A DNA stretch of 64,000 nucleotides from Sphingorhabdus sp. EL138 (lineage in GTDB: Bacteria > Pseudomonadota > Alphaproteobacteria > Sphingomonadales > Sphingomonadaceae): positions 33,306-97,305 of the forward strand of contig NZ_CAMDCK010000010.1 in NCBI RefSeq assembly GCF_945890115.1, read 5' to 3'. Positions 20,489 through 32,934 of the stretch are shown here, in pieces. Under the pieces are notes generated by a model. The model made no database searches. It saw only the letters and a list, made by a program, of their open reading frames with translations, and was not told the DNA's origin. The position numbers were made by a program, and so were the translations under genes. Each line of letters starts with the position of its first letter. Position 1 is the stretch's first letter.

Positions 20489-21427
20489 ATGCATGGCTGG
20501 ATAATCCTCGATAAACCGCTTGGGTTGGGTTCAACGCAGGCTGTCGCAGCCGTAAAGCGCAATTTGCGCAGCGCTGGCTTTGGCAAGGTCAAGGTCGGCC
20601 ATGGCGGAACGCTTGACCCTTTGGCCACTGGCGTCCTGCCCATTGCGCTGGGCGAAGCGACCAAATTATGCGGGCGTATGCTGGACGCATCGAAAACCTA
20701 TGATTTTACAATCTGCTTTGGGACAGAGACTAGCGGTTTGGACGCAGAAGGGGAGATCGTCGCGACCTCCGACATCCGCCCGAGCCTGGCGCAAGTCGAA
20801 GCGGTGCTTACCCAGTTTACCGGTCCCATCGAACAAATTCCGCCTGCTTTTTCGGCGATAAAGATAGACGGTAAACGGGCCTATGACTTGGCGCGGGCAG
20901 GTGCGGTCGTGGAGATGAAATCGCGGGCTGTGACCGTTTACGCTCTCTGCGTCTCTGCGCCTCTGCGTGAACACAATGATGTCACACCGGGTTGCGACGC
21001 CACGCCAGAGGTTATTGATGAAATTACGCTAACCGCTGACGTCTCCAAAGGCACTTACATCCGCAGCCTCGCCCGCGACATCGCCTACGCCCTTGGCACT
21101 GTTGGTCATGTCGCGATGCTCCGCCGCACGCGGGCAGGGCCGTTCAACCTGGAAAGCGCGATTTCGCTAGACAAACTGAATGCATTCGGCCAAGAAGCCG
21201 CCCAAGAAGACATTATCTTGCCGATAGAGGCAGGGCTGGTCGACATCCCGGCTCTTAATCTCTCCCCGGAACAGGCAAGGGCGGTCCAACAAGGCCGCGT
21301 CTTGACCGGGATTGCCATGAAAGATGGGCTACATTGGGCGAGGGGCGCAGATTTGCGGCCTATCGCGTTGGTGCAGAACGTCGACGGGATATTGAAAACC
21401 GTCCGTGGCTTTAACCTTACTTTATGA
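20489..21427 (+). CDS. truB: tRNA pseudouridine(55) synthase
   Basis: 312 aa. Contains [16 protein letters not shown] (catalytic Asp) and [12 protein letters not shown]. Confidence 0.93.
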   Translation: MHGWIILDKPLGLGSTQAVAAVKRNLRSAGFGKVKVGHGGTLDPLATGVLPIALGEATKLCGRMLDASKTYDFTICFGTETSGLDAEGEIVATSDIRPSLAQVEAVLTQFTGPIEQIPPAFSAIKIDGKRAYDLARAGAVVEMKSRAVTVYALCVSAPLREHNDVTPGCDATPEVIDEITLTADVSKGTYIRSLARDIAYALGTVGHVAMLRRTRAGPFNLESAISLDKLNAFGQEAAQEDIILPIEAGLVDIPALNLSPEQARAVQQGRVLTGIAMKDGLHWARGADLRPIALVQNVDGILKTVRGFNLTL

Positions 21428-21443
21428 TGTTCGAAGGAAAAAT

Positions 21444-21713
21444 ATGTCTATTACTGCAGAACGTAAAGCCCAGGTCATCAAAGAGCACGCACGCGAGCCT
21501 AACGATACCGGGTCACCAGAAGTGCAAGTTGCAATCCTGACGGATCGTATCAATGCCCTGACGTCCCATTTCAAAGACCACCACAAGGACAATCACTCGC
21601 GTCGTGGTCTTCTTCAAATGGTCAACAAGCGTCGTTCGCTTCTCGACTATCTGAAAAAAATTGATGGCGGGCGTTATGCCGCCCTCATCGCGAAGCTTGG
21701 TCTTCGTAAGTAA
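21444..21713 (+). CDS. rpsO: 30S ribosomal protein S15
   Basis: 89 aa from [15 protein letters not shown].... The track ORF starts upstream at 21405. Confidence 0.96.
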   Translation: MSITAERKAQVIKEHAREPNDTGSPEVQVAILTDRINALTSHFKDHHKDNHSRRGLLQMVNKRRSLLDYLKKIDGGRYAALIAKLGLRK

Positions 21714-21722
21714 ATTCACTCT

Positions 21723-21750
21723 CGGCCCGCTTTGGCGGGCCGTTTGCGTA
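21723..21750 (+). terminator. rpsO rho-independent terminator
   Basis: Stem GGCCCGC (21723-21729) paired with GCGGGCC (21734-21740), loop TTTG, followed by GTTTGCGTATT. Confidence 0.7.
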
Positions 21751-21756
21751 TTGGGT

Positions 21757-21777
21757 CATCCTGAACTTGTTTCAGGA
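21757..21777. repeat. REP-like palindrome ATCCTGAA-cttgt-TTCAGGAT
   Basis: Perfect 8-bp arms in the rpsO-pnp spacer. Confidence 0.6.
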
Positions 21778-21961
21778 TCCAAAAATTCCGTCTCATGTCA
21801 TTCTTTAACAATTTTAGGGTGATATGTTCGGTAGAAGGGCATTCCAGCAATGAGGCTGGACTGTCATCGGGGCGCGAAAATGCCCCATCCGCGGCGGATC
21901 GGTATTTCCGCAACTCAAGAGGCCCCGCATCGCATTGGGCATGCGGGTCAAAGGAAAATCT

Positions 21962-24298
21962 ATGTTTAATACGAAAACTGTATCAATCGAGTGGGGCGGA
22001 CAAACCCTAACACTCGAAACGGGCAAAGTTGCCCGTCAAGCTGACGGCGCTGTTATGGCATCGCTTGGCGAAACTGTTGTGCTTTGCGCGGTTACCGCCG
22101 CAAAGTCGGTGAAAGATGGTCAGGATTTCTTCCCGCTCACCGTTCACTATCAAGAAAAATATTCCGCAGCCGGCCGTATTCCGGGTGGCTTTTTCAAACG
22201 TGAACGTGGTGCGACCGAAAAGGAAACGCTGGTTTCGCGTTTGATCGACCGCCCACTTCGCCCGCTGTTCCCAGAAGGTTTCTATAACGAAATCAACGCA
22301 ATTGCGCAGGTTCTTAGCTATGATGGCGAGAATGAGCCTGATGTATTGGCGCTTGTTGCTGCTTCGGCCGCAATGACCATTTCGGGCGTTCCATTCATGG
22401 GCCCCATCGGCGCAGCACGCGTGGGTTACCTGAACGGCGAATATATCCTGAATCCAACAGACGCGCAGGTTGCCGAAGGCGACCTCGATCTGGTTGTGGC
22501 CGCGACCTATGACGCGGTGATGATGGTGGAATCCGAAGCCAATGAGCTTTCGGAAGAAATCATGCTCGGTGCCGTCCTGTTTGCGCATGACGCATGTAAG
22601 GAAGTCGTTAAGGCAATCGTCAAGCTTGCAGAGCAAGCCGCGAAAGAGCCTTGGGCCATGGCTGAGCAGGCTGATTTGTCAGCCGCCAAGGATAAGCTGA
22701 AGAAACTTATCGGTAAGGATATTGCCGCTGCGTACAAGTTGACTGACAAGTCGGCACGTTCGAACGCTCTGAATGTCGCGCGTGCAGCGGCAAAGGAAGC
22801 TTTCACCGACGCAAGCCCGCAGGATCAGATGGCCGCAGGCAAGCTGATGAAGAAGCTGGAAGCGGAAATCGTTCGTGGCGCCATCCTGAAGGACGGCACG
22901 CGTATCGACGGACGTACCACAACGCAAATTCGTCCGATTCTGGCAGAAACGCATTTCTTGCCACGGTCACATGGTTCGGCGTTGTTCACCCGTGGTGAAA
23001 CGCAGACTATCGCAACCTGCACCTTGGGCACCAAGGACGCAGAGCAGATGATCGATGGCCTTGGTGGTTTGCATTATGAAAACTTCATGCTGCATTATAA
23101 CTTCCCACCGTACAGCGTTGGTGAAGTGGGTCGCTTCGGCGCACCAAGCCGCCGTGACATCGGTCATGGTAAGCTTGCATGGCGCGCGCTGCACGCCGTA
23201 CTGCCAACCAAGGACGAGTTTCCATACACCATCCGTATCACCAGCGACATTACCGAATCCAATGGTTCGTCGTCGATGGCATCGGTTTGCGGCGGAAGCC
23301 TTGCGATGATGGACGCTGGCGTTCCCATCAAGCGTCCGGTTTCGGGTATCGCAATGGGCTTGATCCTTGAAGGCAAGGATTTCGCCGTCCTGTCGGATAT
23401 CTTGGGTGACGAAGATCATCTTGGCGATATGGATTTCAAGGTAGCAGGTACATCTGAAGGCATCACCACGATGCAAATGGACATCAAGATTGCCGGTATT
23501 ACCCGCGAAATCTTTGAAGCTGCATTGAACCAAGCCAAGGAAGGCCGCGCGCATATCTTGGGTGAAATGGCCAAGGCATTGGGCGAAGCGCGCGGCGAAC
23601 TGTCCGCGCATGCGCCGCGTATCGAAACGATGCAGATCGACAAAGCGAAGATCCGCGACATCATCGGCACCGGCGGCAAGGTCATTCGTGAAATCGTCGC
23701 CACCACCGGTGCAAAGGTCGACATTGATGACGAAGGTCTCATCAAGATTTCATCGTCCGACATTGCGCAGATCGAAGCCGCGCGTAAGTGGATTTCGGGC
23801 ATTGTTGAAGAAGCAGAAGTTGGCAAGATTTATGACGGCAAGGTCGTCAATCTGGTTGATTTCGGTGCATTCGTAAACTTCATGGGTGGCAAGGACGGTC
23901 TCGTCCACGTCAGCGAAATGCGCAATGAGCGCGTTGAAAAGGTTACGGACGTCGTCAGCGAAGGCATGGACGTTAAGGTCAAGGTTCTCGAAATCGACCC
24001 ACGCGGCAAGGTGCGCCTGTCGATGCGCGTTGTGGATCAGGAAACCGGTGAAGAGCTGGAAGACACACGCCCGCCCCGCGAAAAGAGCGAGCGCAGCGAT
24101 CGTGGCCCCCGTCGTGAAGGCGGCGGTGGTGGACGCGGCGAAGGCCGTGGCGACCGTGGCCCGCGTCGTGACGGCGGTGGACGTGATGGCGGACGGGGCG
24201 AAGGTCGCGGCGACCGTGGCCCACGCCAAGACCGTTCAGAGGGCGAAAACAAAGGCGGGGGCGATCCCGACCATGTGCCAGCTTTCTTGAAGGATTAA
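21962..24298 (+). CDS. pnp: Polyribonucleotide nucleotidyltransferase (PNPase) with an Arg/Gly-rich C-terminal extension
   Basis: Starts at [13 protein letters not shown]. Has two RNase PH domains plus KH and S1, then an extra tail of about 85 aa. The track ORF starts at 21935. Confidence 0.96.
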   Translation: MFNTKTVSIEWGGQTLTLETGKVARQADGAVMASLGETVVLCAVTAAKSVKDGQDFFPLTVHYQEKYSAAGRIPGGFFKRERGATEKETLVSRLIDRPLRPLFPEGFYNEINAIAQVLSYDGENEPDVLALVAASAAMTISGVPFMGPIGAARVGYLNGEYILNPTDAQVAEGDLDLVVAATYDAVMMVESEANELSEEIMLGAVLFAHDACKEVVKAIVKLAEQAAKEPWAMAEQADLSAAKDKLKKLIGKDIAAAYKLTDKSARSNALNVARAAAKEAFTDASPQDQMAAGKLMKKLEAEIVRGAILKDGTRIDGRTTTQIRPILAETHFLPRSHGSALFTRGETQTIATCTLGTKDAEQMIDGLGGLHYENFMLHYNFPPYSVGEVGRFGAPSRRDIGHGKLAWRALHAVLPTKDEFPYTIRITSDITESNGSSSMASVCGGSLAMMDAGVPIKRPVSGIAMGLILEGKDFAVLSDILGDEDHLGDMDFKVAGTSEGITTMQMDIKIAGITREIFEAALNQAKEGRAHILGEMAKALGEARGELSAHAPRIETMQIDKAKIRDIIGTGGKVIREIVATTGAKVDIDDEGLIKISSSDIAQIEAARKWISGIVEEAEVGKIYDGKVVNLVDFGAFVNFMGGKDGLVHVSEMRNERVEKVTDVVSEGMDVKVKVLEIDPRGKVRLSMRVVDQETGEELEDTRPPREKSERSDRGPRREGGGGGRGEGRGDRGPRRDGGGRDGGRGEGRGDRGPRQDRSEGENKGGGDPDHVPAFLKD

Positions 24299-24362
24299 GC
24301 CAAAACAGCCAGCGAGCTGCACGGTGGGCCTGCCCACCGCAGCTTTAGCAAAGGCAAGAGAG

Positions 24363-24394
24363 AAAAGGGGCAGCTTCGGCGGCCCCTTTTTTTA
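24363..24394 (+). terminator. pnp rho-independent terminator
   Basis: Stem GGGGC/GCCCC with an inner GC pair around a TTCG loop, followed by T7 (24387-24393). An additional hairpin lies at 24315-24344. Confidence 0.75.
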
Positions 24395-24515
24395 TACCCT
24401 ACCGCGCTGCAGTTCATCGCCGATACACAATATTTCGGCCACGCTGTTTGCGTGTTTATGCGCCGTGCCAAGCAAAAGGCTTGGCGGGGCGGACAAGATT
24501 ATCTAGGGAACATTC

Positions 24516-25310
24516 ATGAACAAAAAATTCCTCGTGCCCATCGCGGTATTGGCCGCATCTTCCTTGCTTTCTGGGTGCGCTGCGCTCGGTCTAGGTGGTG
24601 GCGGGGCAAAGCCGGGTAGCAACACCCGTTATGTCGCGCGTGACGTTAATACGCTGTATACGGCGGCTAAGAACAAGCTTGATAATAAGCAATATGAAGT
24701 CGCAGCGGCGTTATTTGACGAGGTCGAGCGTCAGCATCCTTATTCACCATGGGCGCGCCGGGCGCAGCTTATGAGCGCATTTAGCTATTATATGGCGCAG
24801 AAATATAATGAGTCGATCCAATCGTCGCGCCGTTTCCTGTCGATCCATCCGGGCAACAAGGATGCGGGCTACGCTTATTATCTGATCGCTTTGTCTTATT
24901 ATGAGCAGATCAGCGATGTGACTCGTGATCAGAAGATTTCGGAGCAAGCATTGGCCGCTTTGGGTGAGGTGCAGCGCCGTTACCCCAATTCGCGTTATGC
25001 GTCGGATGCCACGTTGAAGATTGACCTTGTCCGTGACCATTTGGCCGGCAAGGAAATGGAAATTGGTCGTTTCTACCAACGCCGTGCCTTGTGGCTTGCG
25101 TCATCCGTGCGCTTTCGTGAGGTGATCGACAAATATGACACGACAACGCACACTCCAGAGGCGTTGTATCGTTTGACGGAAAGCTATCTTGCCATGGGCG
25201 TGCCGGAAGAGGCGAAGAAGGCAGCGGCCGTTTTGGGTGCCAATTATCCCGGCAGCGAATGGTATGCGCGTGCCTACAACCTGATACAGAAGAACGCGCC
25301 CGCCGCGTAA
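24516..25310 (+). CDS. bamD: Outer-membrane protein assembly factor BamD
   Basis: 264 aa. Lipoprotein signal (…LLSGCAAL) and TPR-like repeats. Located upstream of recN. Confidence 0.9.
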   Translation: MNKKFLVPIAVLAASSLLSGCAALGLGGGGAKPGSNTRYVARDVNTLYTAAKNKLDNKQYEVAAALFDEVERQHPYSPWARRAQLMSAFSYYMAQKYNESIQSSRRFLSIHPGNKDAGYAYYLIALSYYEQISDVTRDQKISEQALAALGEVQRRYPNSRYASDATLKIDLVRDHLAGKEMEIGRFYQRRALWLASSVRFREVIDKYDTTTHTPEALYRLTESYLAMGVPEEAKKAAAVLGANYPGSEWYARAYNLIQKNAPAA

Positions 25311-25314
25311 TGCC

Positions 25315-26966
25315 ATGTTAACGGGGCTTTCGATCCGCGATGTCGTGCTGATCGAGGCACTGGACTTGGAATTTGCAGGCGGGCTTGGTGTGCTCACGGG
25401 TGAGACTGGGGCTGGTAAATCCATATTGCTGGATGCTCTTGGCCTCGCCCTTGGTGCGCGCGCCGATAGCGGCTTGGTGCGGTCTGGCGCGGACAAGGCG
25501 CAAGTTACCGCGAGCTTTGATGCGCCAGCCCATGTCGCGGCCTTCCTTGCCGACAATGACATTGATATCGATAGCGATGAGCCATTAATCATCCGTCGTT
25601 CGGTGAAGGCGGACGGCGGCAGCAAGGCATTTATCAACGACCAGCCGTGTTCAGCAGCGCTATTGCGGGAACTGGGCGCTGCTTTGGTGGAGATTCATGG
25701 CCAGCATGATGATCGCGGTATGTTGAACCCGCGTGGGCATCGCGGCTTGTTGGACGCCTTTGGCCGAAGTGACACCGCAACCGTGTCGGCCAATTTTGCC
25801 GCATGGCAGGATGCGAAATCGCGTTTGGATATAGCCCGTGAAGCGCTCGAAAACGCAGCGCGCGACCGCGAATGGTTGGAGCATGCCGTGGCCGAGCTTG
25901 CGGCGTTTCAGCCCCAACCCGGCGAAGAAGAACAACTCGCGGGCGAGCGGTCGGACATGCAAAAAGGCGCGCGCATAACCGAGGACTTGAAGGCCGTGCT
26001 GGAGAGTTTTGACGGCCCGAAAAGCGGCCTGTCGTTGATCCGGGGTGCGGCGCGCAAGCTGGACCGTTTGGCCGACGCGCACCCGTTATTGGCCGAGGCG
26101 CTGACCGCACTTGACCGCGCGGTGATTGAGGCGAGCGAGGCCGAGGATAAGTTAAACGCCGCCGCGCGCGCAATTGAATATGAGCCTGCACGGCTTGATG
26201 AGATTGAGGAGCGCTTGTTTGAACTGCGCGCACTGGCCCGCAAGCATAATATTGCGCCCGACGGCATCATCGCGCTGCAGGAAAAGCTGACGGCGCAGTT
26301 GCAGTCGATACAGGCAGGCGGCGAGGGATTGGCTATGCTGGAGGCGGAGGTGGCCGCCAAGCACACAGCTTTTGTCGAATCCGCAAGCACCTTGTCTGCG
26401 GTCCGTAACGCGGCTGCGGTCAAGTTGGACGCCGCTGTGAAAAATGAACTTGCGCCACTAAAGCTCGATGCCGCGCAGTTTCAGACGGCGGTGGAAAGAT
26501 TGCCGGAGGACCGCTGGACGGCTTTTGGCATGGACCGTGTCGAGTTCCTGATTTCGACCAATCCCGGTGCGCCCTTTGCGCCCTTGGTGAAGATTGCATC
26601 GGGCGGGGAATTGTCGCGTTTCATATTGGCGTTGAAAGTCGCATTGGCCGAAGAGGGCGGAGCCGCCACGATTATTTTCGACGAAATCGACCGGGGTGTT
26701 GGCGGCGCCGTTGCCGCGGCGATTGGTGAACGCCTTGCGCGTCTTGCCACGCGCACACAATTGCTTGCCGTCACGCACAGCCCGCAGGTCGCGGCCAAGG
26801 GGAAGGCGCATTATTTCATCGCGAAATCGAGCCAAGGCACGGTGACACGGACAGGTGTCATCTTGCTGGATGCCGAAGCGCGCCGCCAAGAAATCGCCCG
26901 TATGTTGTCCGGCGCAGAGATAACAGATGAGGCAAGGGCGCAGGCTGTGCGGTTGTTGGAGATTGT

Positions 26967-26970
<4 letters not shown>
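25315..26970 (+). CDS. recN: DNA repair protein RecN
   Basis: 551 aa. Walker A GETGAGKS, coiled-coil middle region, and SGGELSRF signature. Confidence 0.95.
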
Positions 26971-29575
<2,605 letters not shown>

Positions 29576-29609
29576 TGTTTTTAGGATGGGGCGGCGGCGT
29601 AATTTTACA

Positions 29610-29984
29610 CCCCGTCACCCCCTGAAAGTCGACCCCGGACAGTCAATCCCCGACCGTCACCCCCGGCCGTTACCCCTCCAACCGTCACCCTGAACTTGGT
29701 TCAGGGTCCATTTCTCGTCTCCACCCTTCGGTCTATGTGGCACGATGGATGCTGAACCGAGTTCAGCATGACGTTTGGGAGAAACTTGCTTTCTTATCAC
29801 CGTCGCCCTGAACTTGTTTGTGCTCTGCACGCCTACGGCTCCAGGGTCCATTTATAAGCCTAAAACTTCGGTCTATGTGGCACGATGGATGCTGAACCGA
29901 GTTCAGCATGATGTTGCGGGGAATGCACTTCTGCGCCTCTGCGTGAACCCTTTTTCGTCGCCCCAGCGCAGGCTGGGGCCTATC
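29610..29984. repeat. Dense REP/repeat cluster in the 504-bp ligA-phhA spacer
   Basis: C-run tract at 29610-29690. Palindromes at 29687-29707, 29749-29769 and 29889-29909. A 46-nt exact direct repeat at 29726-29771 and 29866-29911. A 29-nt REP2 copy at 29956-29984. Confidence 0.85.
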
Positions 29985-30079
29985 ACGTCTATCGGCTTAG
30001 CGCGGACCTATCCGGCCAAGCGCAATAGGTTCCAGCAGTAGCTGTTGCCATAATATGGTTTCAAGTGTAACTAGTTTAG

Positions 30080-30949
30080 ATGAACCGAAACAGCCACGTT
30101 TATGATACGCCGCCCGCAGGCGCGCATGCCGACTGGACAGTGCCCCAAAATTGGGAAAAGTTCAGCGCGGAAGAACATGGCATGTGGGACCGGCTGTTTG
30201 CGCGGCAAACCGCCATGCTACCCGGGCGCGCTGCGGATGCGTTCATGCGCGGTATTGATGTGCTGAAACTCTCCCGCCCCGGCATTCCCGATTATCGCGA
30301 ACTGAACGCGCGGTTGATGGCGGCGACGGGTTGGCAGATTGTCGCTGTGCCCGGCCTTGTGCCTGATGATGTGTTTTTTGACCATCTGGCAAACCGCCGT
30401 TTCCCCGCTGGTAACTTCATCCGGACACCGGAGCAGCTGGATTATTTGCAAGAGCCAGATGTCTTTCATGATGTCTTTGGACATGTGCCGATGCTGGCGG
30501 ACCCTGTGTTTGCCGATTATATGGTGGCTTATGGCAAGGGCGGGTTGCGGTCGCTTGGCTTTGGCGCGTTGGACCATTTGGCACGGCTATATTGGTATAC
30601 GGTCGAGTTTGGCTTGATCCAGCAACCCGATGGTCTGCGCATTTATGGCGCAGGGATAGTCTCAAGCTATGCCGAAAGCCTCTTTGCGTTGGACGACCCC
30701 AGCCCGAACCGGATCGCGTTTGATCTGCTTCGGGTCATGCGCACGCATTATCGGATTGATGATTTTCAGCAGAGTTATTTTGTGATTTCGAGCATCGACC
30801 AATTGCTTAACGTGACCGTCGAGACCGATTTTGCGCCGCTTTATGCCCAACTGGAAACACTTACGGACATAAAGGCCGGTGCGCTGTTGCAAGAGGATGT
30901 TGTGATTACGCGCGGCACGCAAGCATATGCGAAGGGTGCCGGTCGCTGA
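30080..30949 (+). CDS. phhA: Phenylalanine 4-monooxygenase
   Basis: 289 aa. Aromatic amino-acid hydroxylase core (EPDVFHDVFGHVPML, YWYTVEFGL). Confidence 0.92.
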   Translation: MNRNSHVYDTPPAGAHADWTVPQNWEKFSAEEHGMWDRLFARQTAMLPGRAADAFMRGIDVLKLSRPGIPDYRELNARLMAATGWQIVAVPGLVPDDVFFDHLANRRFPAGNFIRTPEQLDYLQEPDVFHDVFGHVPMLADPVFADYMVAYGKGGLRSLGFGALDHLARLYWYTVEFGLIQQPDGLRIYGAGIVSSYAESLFALDDPSPNRIAFDLLRVMRTHYRIDDFQQSYFVISSIDQLLNVTVETDFAPLYAQLETLTDIKAGALLQEDVVITRGTQAYAKGAGR

Positions 30950-31026
30950 ACAAGGGGGGCCGACTGGCAAACCCAATTAAGGATTAAGATAGCAACACGG
31001 CGCGCGGGTGGCGCAATGCTGCTTTT

Positions 31027-32019
31027 CTACCATGTTCCAAAATCTCCGGGGGGTTGGCTCGTGCGACCACTGGCCCGAACGGGACGTTTCCAACCATAAC
31101 TCGGGCGCTTTAATAGCCACAGACAGGGCCAATCGCCGCAGTCTTCGCGCCTTTCAAGACGGAAACCCTGCCGTTTGTAAGCGCGTAACACAGCGTCTGC
31201 CTGCGTATTCAGGAGCCCGGCCAATATCAACGAACCATTGTCGCCCAGTATATTCGCAATCGACGGCGCAAGCTCAATCAAGGGGCTGGCAAGAATATTG
31301 GCCGTTACAAGGTCGTAGGGCACCCGTGAGGCGATAAGTGGGTGCGCGGTGCCTTCGGCCACACAAAGTGCGAGTTGCCCCTGAGAGACGCCACGGGGCA
31401 CATTGTTGTCGTCCGCATTATCTGCGGTGACGTCGACGCTGATCGGATCAATGTCGGAGGCCGTCAGATAGGCCTTTGGCCAAAGCCGATGTGCGGCAAA
31501 AGCGAGCAACCCCGTGCCCGTGCCAATATCGGCGATCACGTCGAACCGTTTGCCAGCCCGCTTCATGCTGTCGAGCATATTCAGGCAGCCGGTGGTGGTT
31601 TCATGACCGCCCGTGCCAAAGGCGCGGCTTGCCTCAATCAGAAACGATGTTGCGCCCTTGGGCACAGTCCCTTTGTTCGAACTGGTATGGACATAAAAAC
31701 GGCCCGCATGGACTGGCTTCAACGCTTGTTGGCTCATCACGACCCAGTCGGCGTTGGGCAGCTTTTCGATGACTGGTTTTGCTTTTGCAGCGCTATCCAA
31801 TCGACCGTGTATAGCATTGATAACCGATTGGCTGGGTTCAACTGAAAAATAGGCATCCAAGCGCCATTTATCGTCATTAAATGCCTCAACCTCGTCTGCC
31901 ACTATGGTGGGCATGGGATCGAGCGACGCCAGCCATTCATCATCCTCATGCATGGCTTCGGCTTCTGCACGGGTGCAGGGAAACCGGACCTTCCAATCAC
32001 CGGACATAGCTTGCGCCAT
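31027..32019 (-). CDS. prmA: Ribosomal protein L11 methyltransferase
   Basis: SAM-binding DIGTGTGLLA and overall PrmA-like length. The start may instead be MSGDWKV at 32007. Confidence 0.87.
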   Translation of the reverse strand: MAQAMSGDWKVRFPCTRAEAEAMHEDDEWLASLDPMPTIVADEVEAFNDDKWRLDAYFSVEPSQSVINAIHGRLDSAAKAKPVIEKLPNADWVVMSQQALKPVHAGRFYVHTSSNKGTVPKGATSFLIEASRAFGTGGHETTTGCLNMLDSMKRAGKRFDVIADIGTGTGLLAFAAHRLWPKAYLTASDIDPISVDVTADNADDNNVPRGVSQGQLALCVAEGTAHPLIASRVPYDLVTANILASPLIELAPSIANILGDNGSLILAGLLNTQADAVLRAYKRQGFRLERREDCGDWPCLWLLKRPSYGWKRPVRASGRTSQPPGDFGTW

Positions 32020-32689
32020 TTACGTCGAGCACCGCGCCGGTCATCGATGGCGGCGCTTCCAAAGCGCAGAACTTCGCCATGATCGCGACCTCTTCGGGGT
32101 CGGCGACTTTGCCCAAGGGGATATCGGCCAGCAATTTGTCGCCGCCGCGGCTTTCCAGATATTCTTCGGCCATGCCTGTCATGGTAAAGCCGGGGCAGAT
32201 GGCGAAGGCATAAATACCCTCTTCGGCATAAGCGCGCGCGATGGTTTTGGTCATGGCGACCATGCCCGCCTTTGATGCGGCATAATGCCAATGGGCGGGG
32301 CTATCGCCGCGATGTGCGGCGCGGCTGGCGATGTTGACGATACGGCCTGACGCGCCGCTGGCTTGCCAATGCAGCACTGCGCGGCGGCACAGATCCGCGC
32401 TAGCGGTCAGGTTAATCTGCATGGTGCGGTTCCAGCTTGCCAGCCATTCGTCGTCTGGCCGGCAAACGGCGTTTTCTTCAAAGACGCCTGCATTGTTGAT
32501 GAGGACGTCAATGCGACCGTCCAAACCCTCAAGCGCCTTTGCCCAAAGCCGCGCGGGAACCGCCGGATCATGCAGGTCACCATCCTGACTGGACAGGGCA
32601 ACCACCTGTATTGTGGCGGGGTCAAAGCTTGCGGCGATTGCGGCGCCAATTCCGCGCGAGGCGCCGGTGATGAGGATATGTGTTTTCAT
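31997..32689 (-). CDS. SDR family oxidoreductase
   Basis: 230 aa. TGASRGIG cofactor motif and YAASKAG catalytic motif. Confidence 0.85.
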   Translation of the reverse strand: MKTHILITGASRGIGAAIAASFDPATIQVVALSSQDGDLHDPAVPARLWAKALEGLDGRIDVLINNAGVFEENAVCRPDDEWLASWNRTMQINLTASADLCRRAVLHWQASGASGRIVNIASRAAHRGDSPAHWHYAASKAGMVAMTKTIARAYAEEGIYAFAICPGFTMTGMAEEYLESRGGDKLLADIPLGKVADPEEVAIMAKFCALEAPPSMTGAVLDVNGASYVR

Positions 32690-32934
32690 CGACGCTGCCT
32701 TTCACAGCGCAGATAAAATTTCAACTAAAGTTATCAGGGTCAGGACCACTTAAATTCACTTTCGAGGTTTGAGGCCATTTTGACGCCGCCACGGCGGATT
32801 TATCTGGTCCTGAGCTTAAACAAATTGGTTCGCCGATTGCGCGTTTCGCAATGCGCAGGTCTTGCAACACAGCATTAATCGGTTAATGAGCGTGGCAACG
32901 TCGAACGCTTGCAGATATGAAGGACGCTAAAATT

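Noticed and set aside
24037-24252. Arg/Pro/Ser-rich minus-strand ORFs (24037..24252, 23979..24224, 23750..24229) opposite the pnp tail
   Set aside because: These are mirror-frame readings of the GC-rich RG-repeat DNA, inside a confidently called gene.
29726-29911. Possible CRISPR array, because of direct repeats with a spacer
   Set aside because: There are only two copies and the period is 140 nt. The repeats are part of a larger duplicated composite REP unit, and no cas genes or leader are present in the window.
29657-30041. ORFs 29657..29851 (-) and 29775..30041 (+) in the ligA-phhA spacer, and 21716..21913 (-) in the rpsO-pnp spacer
   Set aside because: They are translations of REP palindromes and duplicated repeat units (peptides such as LNQVQGD, MLNRVQHD and SPQRRLGPI). 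These are repeat-derived pseudo-ORFs, not genes.
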